Virus record (IMG/VR): IMGVR_UViG_3300037418_002962
Location: 90,650-154,649 of that record
Reading direction: 5' to 3' (one strand)
Length of the DNA stretch: 64,000 bases
From: a virus
Lineage: Duplodnaviria > Heunggongvirae > Uroviricota > Caudoviricetes
Positions 19,901 to 29,421 of this stretch are shown in pieces. The notes beneath the pieces were generated by a model. That model was given only the letters and a program-made list of their open reading frames with translations. It made no database searches and was not told where the DNA came from. Positions within the stretch are counted from its first letter, which is position 1, and each line of letters opens with the position of its first letter. The translations under genes were made by a program, and so were the position numbers.

Positions 19901-21666
19901 GTTTTGATATTAATTCTTATCCTATAGATGATACTCAAACATTTTCACAGCTAATATCAAATAATGCTGTCAATACTTTAGAGATTCCAGAATTCTATGG
20001 GTCTACTTCAGAATACTTTGACTTAAGAGATGTATTTGACTTTAGACCAAGAGTTAAAATGACAGCTAACGTTTCTAGCATTGTAACAAATCCGAGTTAC
20101 CCTAGCACATCTGTAGCATTTGGTAATACTGCTGATCCAAATAATGATAAGAAATTTCCATTACCACAAAGTTCTATTTCTGCCACAATGGAAAGATATA
20201 CAAGAAGAACAGATCTTGTTGTTATTAACTCAAATTCAAATTTTCAAGTAATCAAAGGGAATCCTTCAGGAGTTCCAAAATCTCCACCACAAAACACAAT
20301 CGTGGTTGGTTATATGGAAATTCCTCCATATCCTTCATTACCGCAAGTTTTTTCTACTGATTTGAGCCTGATTGCTGATGTTGGTATAGCCAGTAATAAG
20401 TTTACTTATAATAGATTATCCAAGTATGCTATTTCACAGCCAACAACAGAATCATCTGTATTCCAAAGACAGCCAATGGGATATACCATGGAGGAAATTG
20501 GCACTTTACAATCAAGAATTAAAAATCTTGAATATTATATGGGGCTAACTCTACAGGCACAAGCAATTGCTTCTTCTGTTATTCCAAGTTCAAATGATCC
20601 TTCTCAAAATAGATTTAAATTTGGCTACTTTGTGGATGACTTTAAAACAAGAAATTATTCTGATGTCAATAATCCAGAATACAATGCAACTATTGTGAAT
20701 CATCAATTAACTGCAAAGAAAGACCATTTAAACATTCAGTTTGATTATGAAGTTCCACAACCCAGTAAAGTTGCTGTACTTCCTTACACTAACTATACAG
20801 TAATTTCACAAAAACTTGCCACTGCTGGAGACTCATCATCTAACAATCCTCCACCAGTTTATGATGGCACATTACATATAGAACCTGAATATTTCTCAGT
20901 AATTTCACAAATTGTCCGAAGTGGTGATGGAAAAGATAATTTGACTGTTGAAGGTGGTCCATGGACATCAACAGTCAATTTTACTGTCAGAAATGGTGTT
21001 CTTGTCAATTACATTACAAATAATTCTGGGATTGGTTCTAGTGATGGAAAGACACTTAAAGGTGTTACTCAAACAAATCAAGTAATTAATTTTGCCAATT
21101 CTTCTGTTACAGTAGATCCAAATGATGCCCCATCTCTGGCACAACTTGCCCAGGCCCTTGATGCAGGGTGGAGAGGGGCAATTACTCCATTAGACGGAAA
21201 TCAATATGTATCAGGAGATAGAGTTTTCCATCTAAATATTACTGGACTCAGACCAAATACAATTCATAAATTCTACTTTGGTGGCAATGATATGTCAAAT
21301 TCATGTATTCAGGAATTTAATCCAGATGATGGTATAAATACTACAACAAGTATTGGTACACCATTAAAGTCAACAGCAAAAGGCCAGATTAAATTTAAGT
21401 TTTTCTATACTTCGCCAATTACTGCGGAATTAGCAAATAATCAAATTCAATGGTCAGATGCTTTAGTTTATAGGTCTTATATGTCTAAGTTAGCAGGATT
21501 ACAAAAAATAGCAGTTACATCAGCAGATGGTCTTTCTTATGCTACAGGTACTGTTGATGCAATTGGAGTATATGGACCTAATGGTACCGTTCCTTGGTTT
21601 GTCGATGAACACAGTGCAAATGGTACAATCTGGACACCAGATTATACTGAAGGAGAAGTATTTTAA
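16978..21666 (+). CDS. very large virion structural protein (1562 aa), putative tail fibre or baseplate-associated fibre
   Basis: Asn/Thr/Ser/Gly-rich beta-type composition typical of fibre proteins; in the late operon. Confidence 0.5.
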   Translation: MPLTTNLDEASYFDDYDPTKDYYKVLFKPGVAVQVRELNQLQTMLQNQIEQFGDNILTNGTIVAGCNFTYNPNLSYVKLIDVQGDGNPVNVNNYNNFIATGSITGLTAYITNTVSGFVSSNPDLNTLYVNYTNGNDTSNTFVPNETLKISDTNNSIWEVDINNGSSGFSNTDTMVFVSAITVANTLGGNAFSNSSSGSANFSVGQVITGVTSNASLTIYEVNTTINATSLVLKVKPSVSQLSNGTANVLSWTLSNGENIFVTNGVQYAQVTSIIGENAQGSFTTDSSGAILTTAMINRGEEYYCPPYTSIISTTGAISTLNLSARNYLATVNVASVTNATGFAYAFGVSNGVIYQKGYFSRVNPQTVVVTKYSNVPDQVSIGFDTLESIANASIDSSLYDNAIGSPNETAPGADRLQLTPTLVVVPTVNAQANSDFFSIVEFSNGYPYIQRNHTQYNEIEAEMASREFDTSGNFVVTPFNLSTVSPSIQNNESFGFNMVISPGAGYLNGFKIETDAQYSQGVNKGIDTVIRSNNAMSINYGNYIRINNIGGMFQFQSGDVISLYDTACNFLGSAAKFGAAISTSGLGNLIGTARIRSLIYEGGADAGLPGAIYRLYLFDISINQGKNFGATRSVFYNNATTGKGVADIVTDLTLNNGAVICKLHNPTSAKNQLVVRGITAMKNANTINYTYRTIRSSNCNTSGIISMQLTNPGETFPYPHGAALLPTDVEDIIVFPTANAVAVANAAGTISCNTTSNIISGSGTSLTSFAVGDYIQIYNGGGSTIRRLTSITNAISATIDSNCSFANTTASFATVLPANIMIPIATRPARSANIDSTGTLLTINLGNTFLTNTSVNMAFNVNVANAQPYPKVSTRGVSVYLQANTNAGNTVGPWLLGAPDIFRLRGVWLGSNTTFTANTGTNVTTNFFIDHNQNKDYYDLGYLYIKPTSNYIVPTNGVLLVEFDCYQQGAGTGFGFDINSYPIDDTQTFSQLISNNAVNTLEIPEFYGSTSEYFDLRDVFDFRPRVKMTANVSSIVTNPSYPSTSVAFGNTADPNNDKKFPLPQSSISATMERYTRRTDLVVINSNSNFQVIKGNPSGVPKSPPQNTIVVGYMEIPPYPSLPQVFSTDLSLIADVGIASNKFTYNRLSKYAISQPTTESSVFQRQPMGYTMEEIGTLQSRIKNLEYYMGLTLQAQAIASSVIPSSNDPSQNRFKFGYFVDDFKTRNYSDVNNPEYNATIVNHQLTAKKDHLNIQFDYEVPQPSKVAVLPYTNYTVISQKLATAGDSSSNNPPPVYDGTLHIEPEYFSVISQIVRSGDGKDNLTVEGGPWTSTVNFTVRNGVLVNYITNNSGIGSSDGKTLKGVTQTNQVINFANSSVTVDPNDAPSLAQLAQALDAGWRGAITPLDGNQYVSGDRVFHLNITGLRPNTIHKFYFGGNDMSNSCIQEFNPDDGINTTTSIGTPLKSTAKGQIKFKFFYTSPITAELANNQIQWSDALVYRSYMSKLAGLQKIAVTSADGLSYATGTVDAIGVYGPNGTVPWFVDEHSANGTIWTPDYTEGEVF

Positions 21667-24008
21667 TGGCTAATATTCAGGTATTTGATATTGATAAAAC
21701 TGCAGTTCAGGGTTCTTCTGCTGTTTTCTTTACAGGAGTAAATTTATACTTTAAAAAAATTCCTAAAAGATACAACAATGCCAGTGGAATTCATGCTCCA
21801 GGAGTTTCTGTTTATCTTTGTTTATTTAGAAATAATATTCCAGATCCTACACAAAAACTTGTCGGGTCTACAGCAACAGTTGACTATGACTCGATACAGG
21901 TTTCTGATGATGGCTCAGTTGCTACTTTATTCGCTCCAATTCATGCCCCAATTCGTTTAAATACAGATCATAGATATGGTATTGTTATTAAGCCAGAAGA
22001 TCCAGGATTTGAACTATGGACAAACACAGCAGGAGATATTCTTGTAGATAATAACAATATATCAACAGGAACTGTCTCTCAAGGGGTAAGAAGATATTTC
22101 GAATATACAAATGCACAAAATATTAAACATCTAATAGGAGTTCATCTTAAATTTGATGTTCAGATTGCCAAATTTACTGCAAATACAGCCACAATTAATT
22201 TAGTCCCATCAGGATATGAATTTATCAACCTGCCATCAGGAAATAATACTAATTTTATGGGCGGGGAATTAGTATTCCAAGATTATTCAAATGCAACAAG
22301 CAATGTCACATTTAATCTTCCAGGTACAATTAATATAAATGCAGGTAACAACGTAATAGTTGGAACAAATACAAACTTTACTGTTTTCAGTTCTAATGAT
22401 TATATTGTCATTACTGGTGGAACAAATAAAAATGTTCTAAAAGTCAATAACGTGACTAATTCTACATTCTTAACTCTAAATGGTACTCCTACTTTTACCA
22501 GAGCAAGCGGTAACTATAAAAAGACTGCTATAGGTTCTGTTTATAAGTATGACCCTATTGGTAATTTATTAATTCTTAAAGATTCTAATGCCAATACTTC
22601 TGTATTCTTTAATTCTAAAGGAGTTTTAAATTATGTAATCAATACTCCTGGAAATAATTACAATAATGCAGATTTTATTATTGTTTCTGGTGGTGGGGCA
22701 ACAAAGAATGCAACAGCAAATATTATCACAAATGGCAATGGAGCTATTGTTGGTATTAATGTGTCTAACGCAGGAATTGGTTTCACCACAAATGGAACTC
22801 TAACAATTGCTAATTCTACAGGGGGAACTGCAAATGGAACAGGAGCTAATGTTACAGTAACTGGATATGGGTCCTATATTGTTGGTCCAGAATCTGGAGT
22901 TATTTCGCAAATTAGCAGTCTTAAAGATTATCCAGTACATCAATTCGATGCGCAAATCATGACTATGATCCCTTCTACAGGAATAGTTTCCGCCACTCAT
23001 AATTTTTCTAATACAACTTATTCAGTTGTAAATAATAACATTGACAATACAACATTACCTGGATTTAACACACTAAATTATGATGGAATAATTATGTCAA
23101 GATCAAACGAAGTCTTGAATAATGCTAACTTATTTCATTCAAACAGTTCTGCAATTATACAAACAACCTTACAGACTACAAATACTAATTCAACATTTGA
23201 TTCTCCATTATTTTATAAAGAGAAAATAGATGTTTTCGTTTTGAGTAATGAAATTAATAACACAGCAAACAACGAATGGCTTCCTCAGGGTGGGAATGCT
23301 ATTTCTAAGCATATTACTACACAGATACATTTCGCTAATAATGTTCTTGCTGAAGACCTAATTCTTTATGTAAATGCTTACAAACCTCCAAATACTGACA
23401 TTCAGGTTTATGCCAAAATTTATAACTCAAGTGATAATGATTCTTTCTCTGACAAATATTGGACACCAATGGTTCAGACAGATCCAAACACAAGCATCTA
23501 TAGTACTTCAAATAATACAAATAGTGTCTTGCAGTTTACCTATAATTTACCTTCACTTCCACCAATACAGAATACAATAACTGGATTTATTACTGCATCA
23601 AACAACAGCAATATCATCACAGGAGTTGGGACCAACTTCTCTACAGATCTTGTGGTTGGGGGACTGATTAAATTATATGACCCAAACTTACCAAATACAA
23701 GTTATATGGTAGCAATGGTTACAGGAATAACTAATTCTACTTCTGCAACAATTGACTCTGCCATTACAAATAATTCAATTCTTTTCTCTGGAACTGGTAC
23801 GACATCCGGTATTGGTCTGTCTAATCTTACATTAGATAATACAGCATTCCTTAATAACCAGAATTACAATATTGTACGTTATTATAATTCTTCTCTGGCT
23901 GCATTTGATACATACGATACTGTCCAATTTAAGTTGGTCTTTTTATCAAGCTCAAACAATGTTGTTCCAATCGTATCAAGCATTCAAGGATTAGGAGTAT
24001 CAGCATAA
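21666..24008 (+). CDS. virion structural protein (780 aa), putative tail fibre component
   Basis: Same composition; ATG overlaps the upstream stop (TAATG). Confidence 0.5.
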   Translation: MANIQVFDIDKTAVQGSSAVFFTGVNLYFKKIPKRYNNASGIHAPGVSVYLCLFRNNIPDPTQKLVGSTATVDYDSIQVSDDGSVATLFAPIHAPIRLNTDHRYGIVIKPEDPGFELWTNTAGDILVDNNNISTGTVSQGVRRYFEYTNAQNIKHLIGVHLKFDVQIAKFTANTATINLVPSGYEFINLPSGNNTNFMGGELVFQDYSNATSNVTFNLPGTININAGNNVIVGTNTNFTVFSSNDYIVITGGTNKNVLKVNNVTNSTFLTLNGTPTFTRASGNYKKTAIGSVYKYDPIGNLLILKDSNANTSVFFNSKGVLNYVINTPGNNYNNADFIIVSGGGATKNATANIITNGNGAIVGINVSNAGIGFTTNGTLTIANSTGGTANGTGANVTVTGYGSYIVGPESGVISQISSLKDYPVHQFDAQIMTMIPSTGIVSATHNFSNTTYSVVNNNIDNTTLPGFNTLNYDGIIMSRSNEVLNNANLFHSNSSAIIQTTLQTTNTNSTFDSPLFYKEKIDVFVLSNEINNTANNEWLPQGGNAISKHITTQIHFANNVLAEDLILYVNAYKPPNTDIQVYAKIYNSSDNDSFSDKYWTPMVQTDPNTSIYSTSNNTNSVLQFTYNLPSLPPIQNTITGFITASNNSNIITGVGTNFSTDLVVGGLIKLYDPNLPNTSYMVAMVTGITNSTSATIDSAITNNSILFSGTGTTSGIGLSNLTLDNTAFLNNQNYNIVRYYNSSLAAFDTYDTVQFKLVFLSSSNNVVPIVSSIQGLGVSA

Positions 24009-24009
24009 A

Positions 24010-24225
24010 ATGATATTTGATAATTGGAGATCAAATGAAGGGGTCATGCAAAATCAGGATCTTTCCGAGTACCAAAGAATCTTGGAAGCCAGAAAGAAAA
24101 AAGACATGGCTGATAATCTTCAAGGACAGATAAACCAAATAAAAAAGGAACTTGCAGAGTTAAAGACAATTGTAACAAATTGTTGTGATTATTGTAAAGA
24201 AAAAAGGATAGCAATTAATGAGTAA
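24010..24225 (+). CDS. small coiled-coil protein with C-terminal CCDYC motif (possible fibre assembly or linker protein)
   Basis: 71 aa; lies between two fibre-like genes and overlaps the next start. Confidence 0.35.
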   Translation: MIFDNWRSNEGVMQNQDLSEYQRILEARKKKDMADNLQGQINQIKKELAELKTIVTNCCDYCKEKRIAINE

Positions 24226-25807
24226 GGCAACTGCTAATTTAGATTTCACAACAGCTACTCTTGTTGATGTCATGAACCTTATTGATACTATTGCATATAG
24301 TCTTTCAACAGAGATAATAACTGCAAATTCAAGTCTAGGAACAACCACTGGCAATGCTCAATTAATTGGTGCATTTTCTGCCAATCAAATTTATGTAGAA
24401 AATTATATTTCTGGTGGGAATTCAACTGTTACAGCAAATCTTGTAGTTAATTCTGGAGTTACTGTTGCAGGAAATGTTGTTGCAGGTAATTCTACCTCTC
24501 TCCATGTTTATAATGGAAATATTAATATTACTTCAACTACCAATACAGTAAATCTAAACGTTTCTGGAAATACTAAATTAGGTTTGGTTAATACAGGAGT
24601 AATAAATTCTGGAAATGTTAACGTTACAGGATATGTAAACGCAAGTGGTGCCGGGATCTTTAACTCTCTGACTGTAAATACATCAATTTCTGGAAATAAT
24701 TTAACATTATCTGGCAATATTTCTGCTGGAAATAGCACTTCTGCACATTTCTTAAACGGCAATGTATATGCAAATAATATTTTTTCTTTTGGTAATTTAG
24801 AAGTAGACGCTAATTTTCTAGTAATAGGAAATTCTACATTTAGTGCAAATGCATCATTTGCTGCTAATACCAATACAAATATTGCGGGAACTCTAACAGT
24901 TACAGGAAATACAGTTCTAGGAAAAACCAATACAGGAGTAATAAATTCTGGAAATGTTAACGTTACAGGATATGTAAATGCTTCTGGTAATGGAGTATTT
25001 TTAAATATAAATGCAAACACAGCTTCTGTTAATGTTCTTTCGGTTTCTGTAAATGTAACTGCAGGTAACTCTACATCAGTTCATACTTTTAATGGAAATT
25101 TGCTTTCCAATAACTTTAATGCTCAAAATATAAATGCAAACAACTTAACCATTGCAAATAATACAACATTTAATGGAAACGTTGTATTTTCTGCCAATAC
25201 ACTTGCTACATTTAATGGTAATGCCAATTTCGTTTATGTAAATGCTACTAGCCTTCATGTTAATGGGAGCATGTCTGTTGATGTTGGTTTAGTTGTTGGG
25301 AATAATGTAATTGTTAATAATAATCTAACAGTAGATAATACCTTAACGGTTCAAAATAATTTTTCTGTCCAGAATATTTCGAACTTTAACGGGAACACAA
25401 ATTTAAATGCTAACGTTGCTATTGCTGCAAATGTTAGTATGAGTTATAACGTCTTAAAACAGCCTTTATTATCTGCTCCAAGATTGACTACACTAACTAC
25501 AAATGTTGGGTCTACTTATACAGTAAGCCTACCAGATGCTGATATTTTTAATTTAACACTTAATGCTAATTCTACTTTCACAATCGTAGACACAGGAGCT
25601 ACATATGGAGGGGAAACTACATTTATTATTACCCAAGGAACTGCAAACGGTCATCATACAATTACTTGGCCTGCAAAAGTAAAATGGTCAGGGGGAGGAT
25701 CTGGCCCTACCTTATCAACAGGATTAGGACAGGTTGATGTTATTAAAATGACAACTCCAGATGGGGCAACATTCTATGGATGGCTTGTTGCTGCAAATGT
25801 CAGCTAA
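24218..25807 (+). CDS. tail fibre-like protein with internally duplicated beta-helix repeats (529 aa)
   Basis: Repetitive N[VI]TGYVNASG / GNSTS motifs; contains the exact 50-bp direct repeat. Confidence 0.55.
   Translation: MSKATANLDFTTATLVDVMNLIDTIAYSLSTEIITANSSLGTTTGNAQLIGAFSANQIYVENYISGGNSTVTANLVVNSGVTVAGNVVAGNSTSLHVYNGNINITSTTNTVNLNVSGNTKLGLVNTGVINSGNVNVTGYVNASGAGIFNSLTVNTSISGNNLTLSGNISAGNSTSAHFLNGNVYANNIFSFGNLEVDANFLVIGNSTFSANASFAANTNTNIAGTLTVTGNTVLGKTNTGVINSGNVNVTGYVNASGNGVFLNINANTASVNVLSVSVNVTAGNSTSVHTFNGNLLSNNFNAQNINANNLTIANNTTFNGNVVFSANTLATFNGNANFVYVNATSLHVNGSMSVDVGLVVGNNVIVNNNLTVDNTLTVQNNFSVQNISNFNGNTNLNANVAIAANVSMSYNVLKQPLLSAPRLTTLTTNVGSTYTVSLPDADIFNLTLNANSTFTIVDTGATYGGETTFIITQGTANGHHTITWPAKVKWSGGGSGPTLSTGLGQVDVIKMTTPDGATFYGWLVAANVS
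24590..24639 (+). repeat. exact 50-bp direct repeat, copy 1, inside the fibre gene
   Basis: aatacaggagtaataaattctggaaatgttaacgttacaggatatgtaaa, identical to 24929-24978. Confidence 0.85.
24929..24978 (+). repeat. exact 50-bp direct repeat, copy 2 (339 nt downstream, in frame)
   Basis: identical to 24590-24639. Confidence 0.85.
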
Positions 25808-25835
25808 ATATATTTTTAATTAAGTGAGGTATAAA

Positions 25836-26123
25836 ATGGAAATTAATGATAGATTTGATAATTTGGGATTTTATAAGACAAATGATTTCTCAATTTTAAC
25901 GGGAGGAACAGTTACAAAATGTGTTGAAACTAAAAATTTTAGTGATGTAAATTATGTAACCGAAGAAAAATCCTGCGATTCTGAATGTTATAATAATTCT
26001 GACATCATTGAGAATCGTAAATGGTCTATTGAAAAATGGATTGCAATGAACCCTAATATTTATAGACCAGACTTTACGGAAATTGATGCAATTTTCCAGT
26101 ATATTACCAAAGGGAAATTCTAA
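25836..26123 (+). CDS. hypothetical protein (95 aa; start at MEINDR, which has a GAGG RBS)
   Basis: ORF track; RBS supports the internal ATG over 25824. Confidence 0.4.
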   Translation: MEINDRFDNLGFYKTNDFSILTGGTVTKCVETKNFSDVNYVTEEKSCDSECYNNSDIIENRKWSIEKWIAMNPNIYRPDFTEIDAIFQYITKGKF

Positions 26124-26145
26124 AAATTTAAATCCTTTCCCATTA

Positions 26146-26153
26146 TATAAATA
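26146..26153 (+). promoter_or_regulatory. T4-type late promoter TATAAATA
   Basis: Exact TATAAATA 27 nt upstream of ORF 26180. Confidence 0.5.
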
Positions 26154-26179
26154 TATAAGAAAATTGGAAAAGGATTTAA

Positions 26180-26833
26180 ATGAGCTACAGACAAAATTTA
26201 GTCATAGAGCAAGGCTCTTCTTTTAATACTACTATAGTTCTCCATAATTCAAATGGAGATAATATAACTTTCTCTAATACTTCAACAGCTATTGGAACTT
26301 TAAGGAAAACTTATTCTTCTGCAAATTCTGTTGGGTTTGCAGTGACATTATCCAATACTGGCGTTAATTTGTCAATGGATGCTAATACAACTGCATTTAT
26401 TTATCCTAATAACATTTATCTTTATGATGTTCTAGTTACCGATTCTGCAACCGGGCTAAAAACAAGAATTATAGAAGGACAGGTAAGAGTTACAGCAGCA
26501 ATTACCGATCAAGTCTTTATTACAACCTATCCCTATCCTATTCCTCCACTGTTTTCTAATGAAAATTCTAATTTCAATGTAATCCAAGGAACAAAAACTT
26601 ATTATTGTGATAGTAGTAATGGGATAATAATTGCAACCCTACCAACTGGCCCAACTATTGGTGATATCTATTTCTTCAAGGATGTTACGGGTGCTGCAGG
26701 AAATAATCCTATTGAACTCAATGGTAATGGATTAAATATTGATGGTTCTCCAACAAGTAATGGATTTATTCAGGTTGCGTATGGTTGGGGAAGAGTCGAA
26801 TTTAATGGAACACAATGGAGTAGAATAGGATAA
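26180..26833 (+). CDS. hypothetical late protein (217 aa)
   Basis: ORF behind a late promoter; beta-rich. Confidence 0.45.
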   Translation: MSYRQNLVIEQGSSFNTTIVLHNSNGDNITFSNTSTAIGTLRKTYSSANSVGFAVTLSNTGVNLSMDANTTAFIYPNNIYLYDVLVTDSATGLKTRIIEGQVRVTAAITDQVFITTYPYPIPPLFSNENSNFNVIQGTKTYYCDSSNGIIIATLPTGPTIGDIYFFKDVTGAAGNNPIELNGNGLNIDGSPTSNGFIQVAYGWGRVEFNGTQWSRIG

Positions 26834-27054
26834 TGAAAAGTTTTATTAATATACTTTTTCTCTTTGTCTTGTTAGTTTCTGGAATTTCTTTTGCACAGGT
26901 CCCAAATCCTGCAAACATTGATTCGCCAATTACTTCAGGAACTATTTCAATATCTGCAGATACTTCTTTTGCCTGTTTTAATATAACTTGGACTGCTCCT
27001 AATACTGATAATTGGTATGTTGTAGCTAGAATTAAAACTATAGAAGCTTATTAA
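26833..27054 (+). CDS. small secreted protein with cleavable signal peptide
   Basis: MKSFINILFLFVLLVSGISFA-QV: hydrophobic h-region plus AxA-like cleavage site; no LxE tag. Confidence 0.45.
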   Translation: MKSFINILFLFVLLVSGISFAQVPNPANIDSPITSGTISISADTSFACFNITWTAPNTDNWYVVARIKTIEAY

Positions 27055-27254
27055 TCTTCCTTCTCAAATTCTGCAATACAGCCATCAATTAATTTACGAA
27101 CATTATAATAAGCCTCAATTTTTCCTTCTATTTTTGAAAAAGTAGAGGTTCCATATTCAGCATAAAGCAAATCTTGACTTGCAGTATTCATGTAACTTTG
27201 AACTTTATTTCTAAGCAGTTTTAATAATGCTACTTCTCTGTCTTGCCAGTTCAT
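27051..27254 (-). CDS. hypothetical protein (67 aa)
   Basis: ORF track; first gene of the leftward block. Confidence 0.35.
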   Translation of the reverse strand: MNWQDREVALLKLLRNKVQSYMNTASQDLLYAEYGTSTFSKIEGKIEAYYNVRKLIDGCIAEFEKED

Positions 27255-27706
27255 TTCATAAACTCCGAAGTAAATTCAACCTGATCCACAGTAACTCCAG
27301 CTTCTTCAAATAATTGAAGAGCCAATGCATTCTGTTCTTTCCATCTTTCCTTATATTGTGTTCCACCAATAGGGAAAACAACTCTCTTGATACCATTGGC
27401 AATAATATGAGATGCACAATGAGCACAAGGATTGTCTGTCACATACATTGTCATTCCAGTAACATCTTTATTACATCTAATGAGGCAATTTTCTTCTGAG
27501 TGGAGAATAATTTTATATTTCAATTCACGATTATCAAGTCTTTCATCTGAATCTTCAATATTTTTAGGAAATCCATTATATCCGGTTCCTATAATATTAT
27601 GATCATGATCAACTATAATAGCTCCGCATTTGGTGGATTTATCCTTACTCCATTGAGCAATTTCATAAGTTAATTTAAGAAATCTTTCATCCCATTTATC
27701 AATCAT
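27251..27706 (-). CDS. cd: dCMP / cytidine deaminase family zinc enzyme
   Basis: HSEENCLIRC (H[AS]E) and PCAHCASHII (PCxxC) zinc-binding motifs. Confidence 0.7.
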   Translation of the reverse strand: MIDKWDERFLKLTYEIAQWSKDKSTKCGAIIVDHDHNIIGTGYNGFPKNIEDSDERLDNRELKYKIILHSEENCLIRCNKDVTGMTMYVTDNPCAHCASHIIANGIKRVVFPIGGTQYKERWKEQNALALQLFEEAGVTVDQVEFTSEFMK

Positions 27707-27996
27707 TACACACTTCCTTTCGAAAAATCTAATTCTTCAACAATTTCTCCATTACTTCTCACATTCCATCCATGCTTACAAGAAATACAGCAAAGATAAG
27801 CATTAAATCTATTTCTATCATTAATAATCAAGATGCCATCTTTATTATAATGGTCTGAAACTCCGGCGCAGGTTGTCATCTGAACTCTTGCAGAGATACA
27901 ACAATCATCTCTGATACATTTATCAGTAACAGTCTTAATTACCGATACAGGTACTTTATCACTAACTTGCCAAAAAGCTGCTAGTTCTTTATTCAT
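27706..27996 (-). CDS. Cys-rich hypothetical protein (96 aa)
   Basis: 10 Cys; ATGA coupling to neighbours. Confidence 0.35.
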   Translation of the reverse strand: MNKELAAFWQVSDKVPVSVIKTVTDKCIRDDCCISARVQMTTCAGVSDHYNKDGILIINDRNRFNAYLCCISCKHGWNVRSNGEIVEELDFSKGSV

Positions 27997-28181
27997 TTAA
28001 ATTCCTCCACTCTTAAAATAGAACTTGGTGGAAACCAAATATTCTTCCCAGGAGGAATATAACCATACTTACAAATATTTTCCATCCTTAAAGAAAACTT
28101 ACATTCTATATTTTCATAATAAATGCGCCCTCTATTGCTAGGAACTGCTTCCTCCTTAATCCAAATTGCTATCATTATCAT
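27993..28181 (-). CDS. hypothetical protein (62 aa)
   Basis: ORF track, overlapping junctions. Confidence 0.3.
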   Translation of the reverse strand: MIMIAIWIKEEAVPSNRGRIYYENIECKFSLRMENICKYGYIPPGKNIWFPPSSILRVEEFK

Positions 28182-28423
28182 TCTTCCAATACTCCATAAA
28201 TATCAAGTTTCTTAAAAGCCTCATTAATCAGACTTCTTTGTTGCCTGTCCGTTAATTGCCCATTACCCATTCTATAAGAATAAGAGTAATCACAAATTTT
28301 CTTAATAATATCTTGCATCTTTTCAGCATCCATCCTAATTGATGCTTGCATATTGATGTAATGCATCAAATTTTCATAGACCTTAAGTCTCTTACTTTGC
28401 GAAATCATAATATTCCTTGGCAA
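28178..28423 (-). CDS. hypothetical protein (81 aa)
   Basis: ORF track. Confidence 0.35.
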   Translation of the reverse strand: MPRNIMISQSKRLKVYENLMHYINMQASIRMDAEKMQDIIKKICDYSYSYRMGNGQLTDRQQRSLINEAFKKLDIYGVLEE

Positions 28424-28542
28424 GATTAATTATATTAAATAAATCTGAATCAGAAACTCCCTCATATTCCCATAGTGGTAGAGTTTCTTCTTTTTCCTTT
28501 AAGTTCTCAATAATTTCCTGGAAGCTAGTCAAAGATATTCTC

Positions 28543-29421
28543 CTATCTTAAAGAAAATTTAGTGTCATAAACAGTTTTAGCAGTTTCTTTTTCTTCTTCA
28601 TAAAAATTAGAATTATTATAATGTTTCAAATCTACTTCAAATTCTTTTTCCCATTTAGGATCTTTAAGGATTTCTTTAGCTGCTTCATATCCATAGATTT
28701 CTTTTAGGGCCATTGGAAATGTTGAAGCTTTTTTAAATAAACTACTAGTTCCTGTAATATTAATAATAGTATTATCTAGAGAAGCAATTGCATTGTCAAT
28801 AGAAAAATCTTTATTAATATCTAAAGAAATTGCTTCTCCATATTGACCACCAATCTGATTCTTGAGTTCTTCCCAATTGTTTATATTCTTGAAAGAACAT
28901 GCCAGAATTACTTTAAGATATTCTGATGTGGCAATAGTATAACCTTTTTCCTTGTATTTTTCAATACGCATTGCAGAACCAAGAGGAAATTCTGTTCTAT
29001 GATTAAATCTTAGTTTTCTTGCTGCAATATCTCTGGTGAAATTTTCATCACAAAAGAATTCTTTTGTTCCCAAATCAATTGCTCCCATACAACAAGAGAA
29101 ATCAAACTTATTGAAAATATCCTGTGCAGTTGGAAAGAAATCAAAGCACATAAGTTGAATTACATTACCTTTTCCCTGAGAATCAACAAATGTAGCTGCT
29201 CTTGGAGTAATTGCAACATTCCACCAACCATCTAGATACATTGTAGCTAATGATTCAAGAAAGGCTTCCTTAGTCTTAAAATAAAGGTCATAATCTCTGA
29301 CAGGCTTTCCCGTAATTACACTAGTAATTGCTCCACCAGAAAGAAATGTATCTTCCCATTTACCGATTTTATTTTCAATTTCCGTTATTAGATTATTAAT
29401 TTCTTTATTAAACTGTTTCAT
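28543..29421 (-). CDS. polymerase-beta-type nucleotidyltransferase-fold protein (start at MKQFNKE, AAAGGAG RBS)
   Basis: GGAITSVITGKPVRDYDLYF fits the hG[GS]x(9-13)Dh[DE]h NTase signature; about 292 aa. Confidence 0.4.
   Translation of the reverse strand: MKQFNKEINNLITEIENKIGKWEDTFLSGGAITSVITGKPVRDYDLYFKTKEAFLESLATMYLDGWWNVAITPRAATFVDSQGKGNVIQLMCFDFFPTAQDIFNKFDFSCCMGAIDLGTKEFFCDENFTRDIAARKLRFNHRTEFPLGSAMRIEKYKEKGYTIATSEYLKVILACSFKNINNWEELKNQIGGQYGEAISLDINKDFSIDNAIASLDNTIINITGTSSLFKKASTFPMALKEIYGYEAAKEILKDPKWEKEFEVDLKHYNNSNFYEEEKETAKTVYDTKFSLR

Noticed and set aside
24508-25020. 170-aa minus-strand ORF inside the fibre gene, plus many other 60-100-aa antisense ORFs in the track (763-945, 1598-1780, 2764-2952, 6026-6235, 7700-7900, 9286-9525, 12448-12666, 17367-17576, 19308-19547, 22800-23000, 35011-35268, 41380-41700, 45294-45497, 49466-49880, 50115-50357, 59676-60002, 61126-62019, 63064-63610)
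   Set aside because: Each lies wholly inside a longer ORF on the other strand or frame that has a homolog-supported call; AT-rich repetitive DNA gives chance ORFs; none has an RBS or a junction fit
26833-26875. MKSF N-terminus of the 73-aa ORF (and MSKSFKQ at minus-strand 60684-60848) as further capsid-targeting sequences
   Set aside because: No L-x-E cleavage motif follows; 26833 is a hydrophobic signal peptide, and 60684-60848 is a charged early-strand peptide; the resemblance is coincidental
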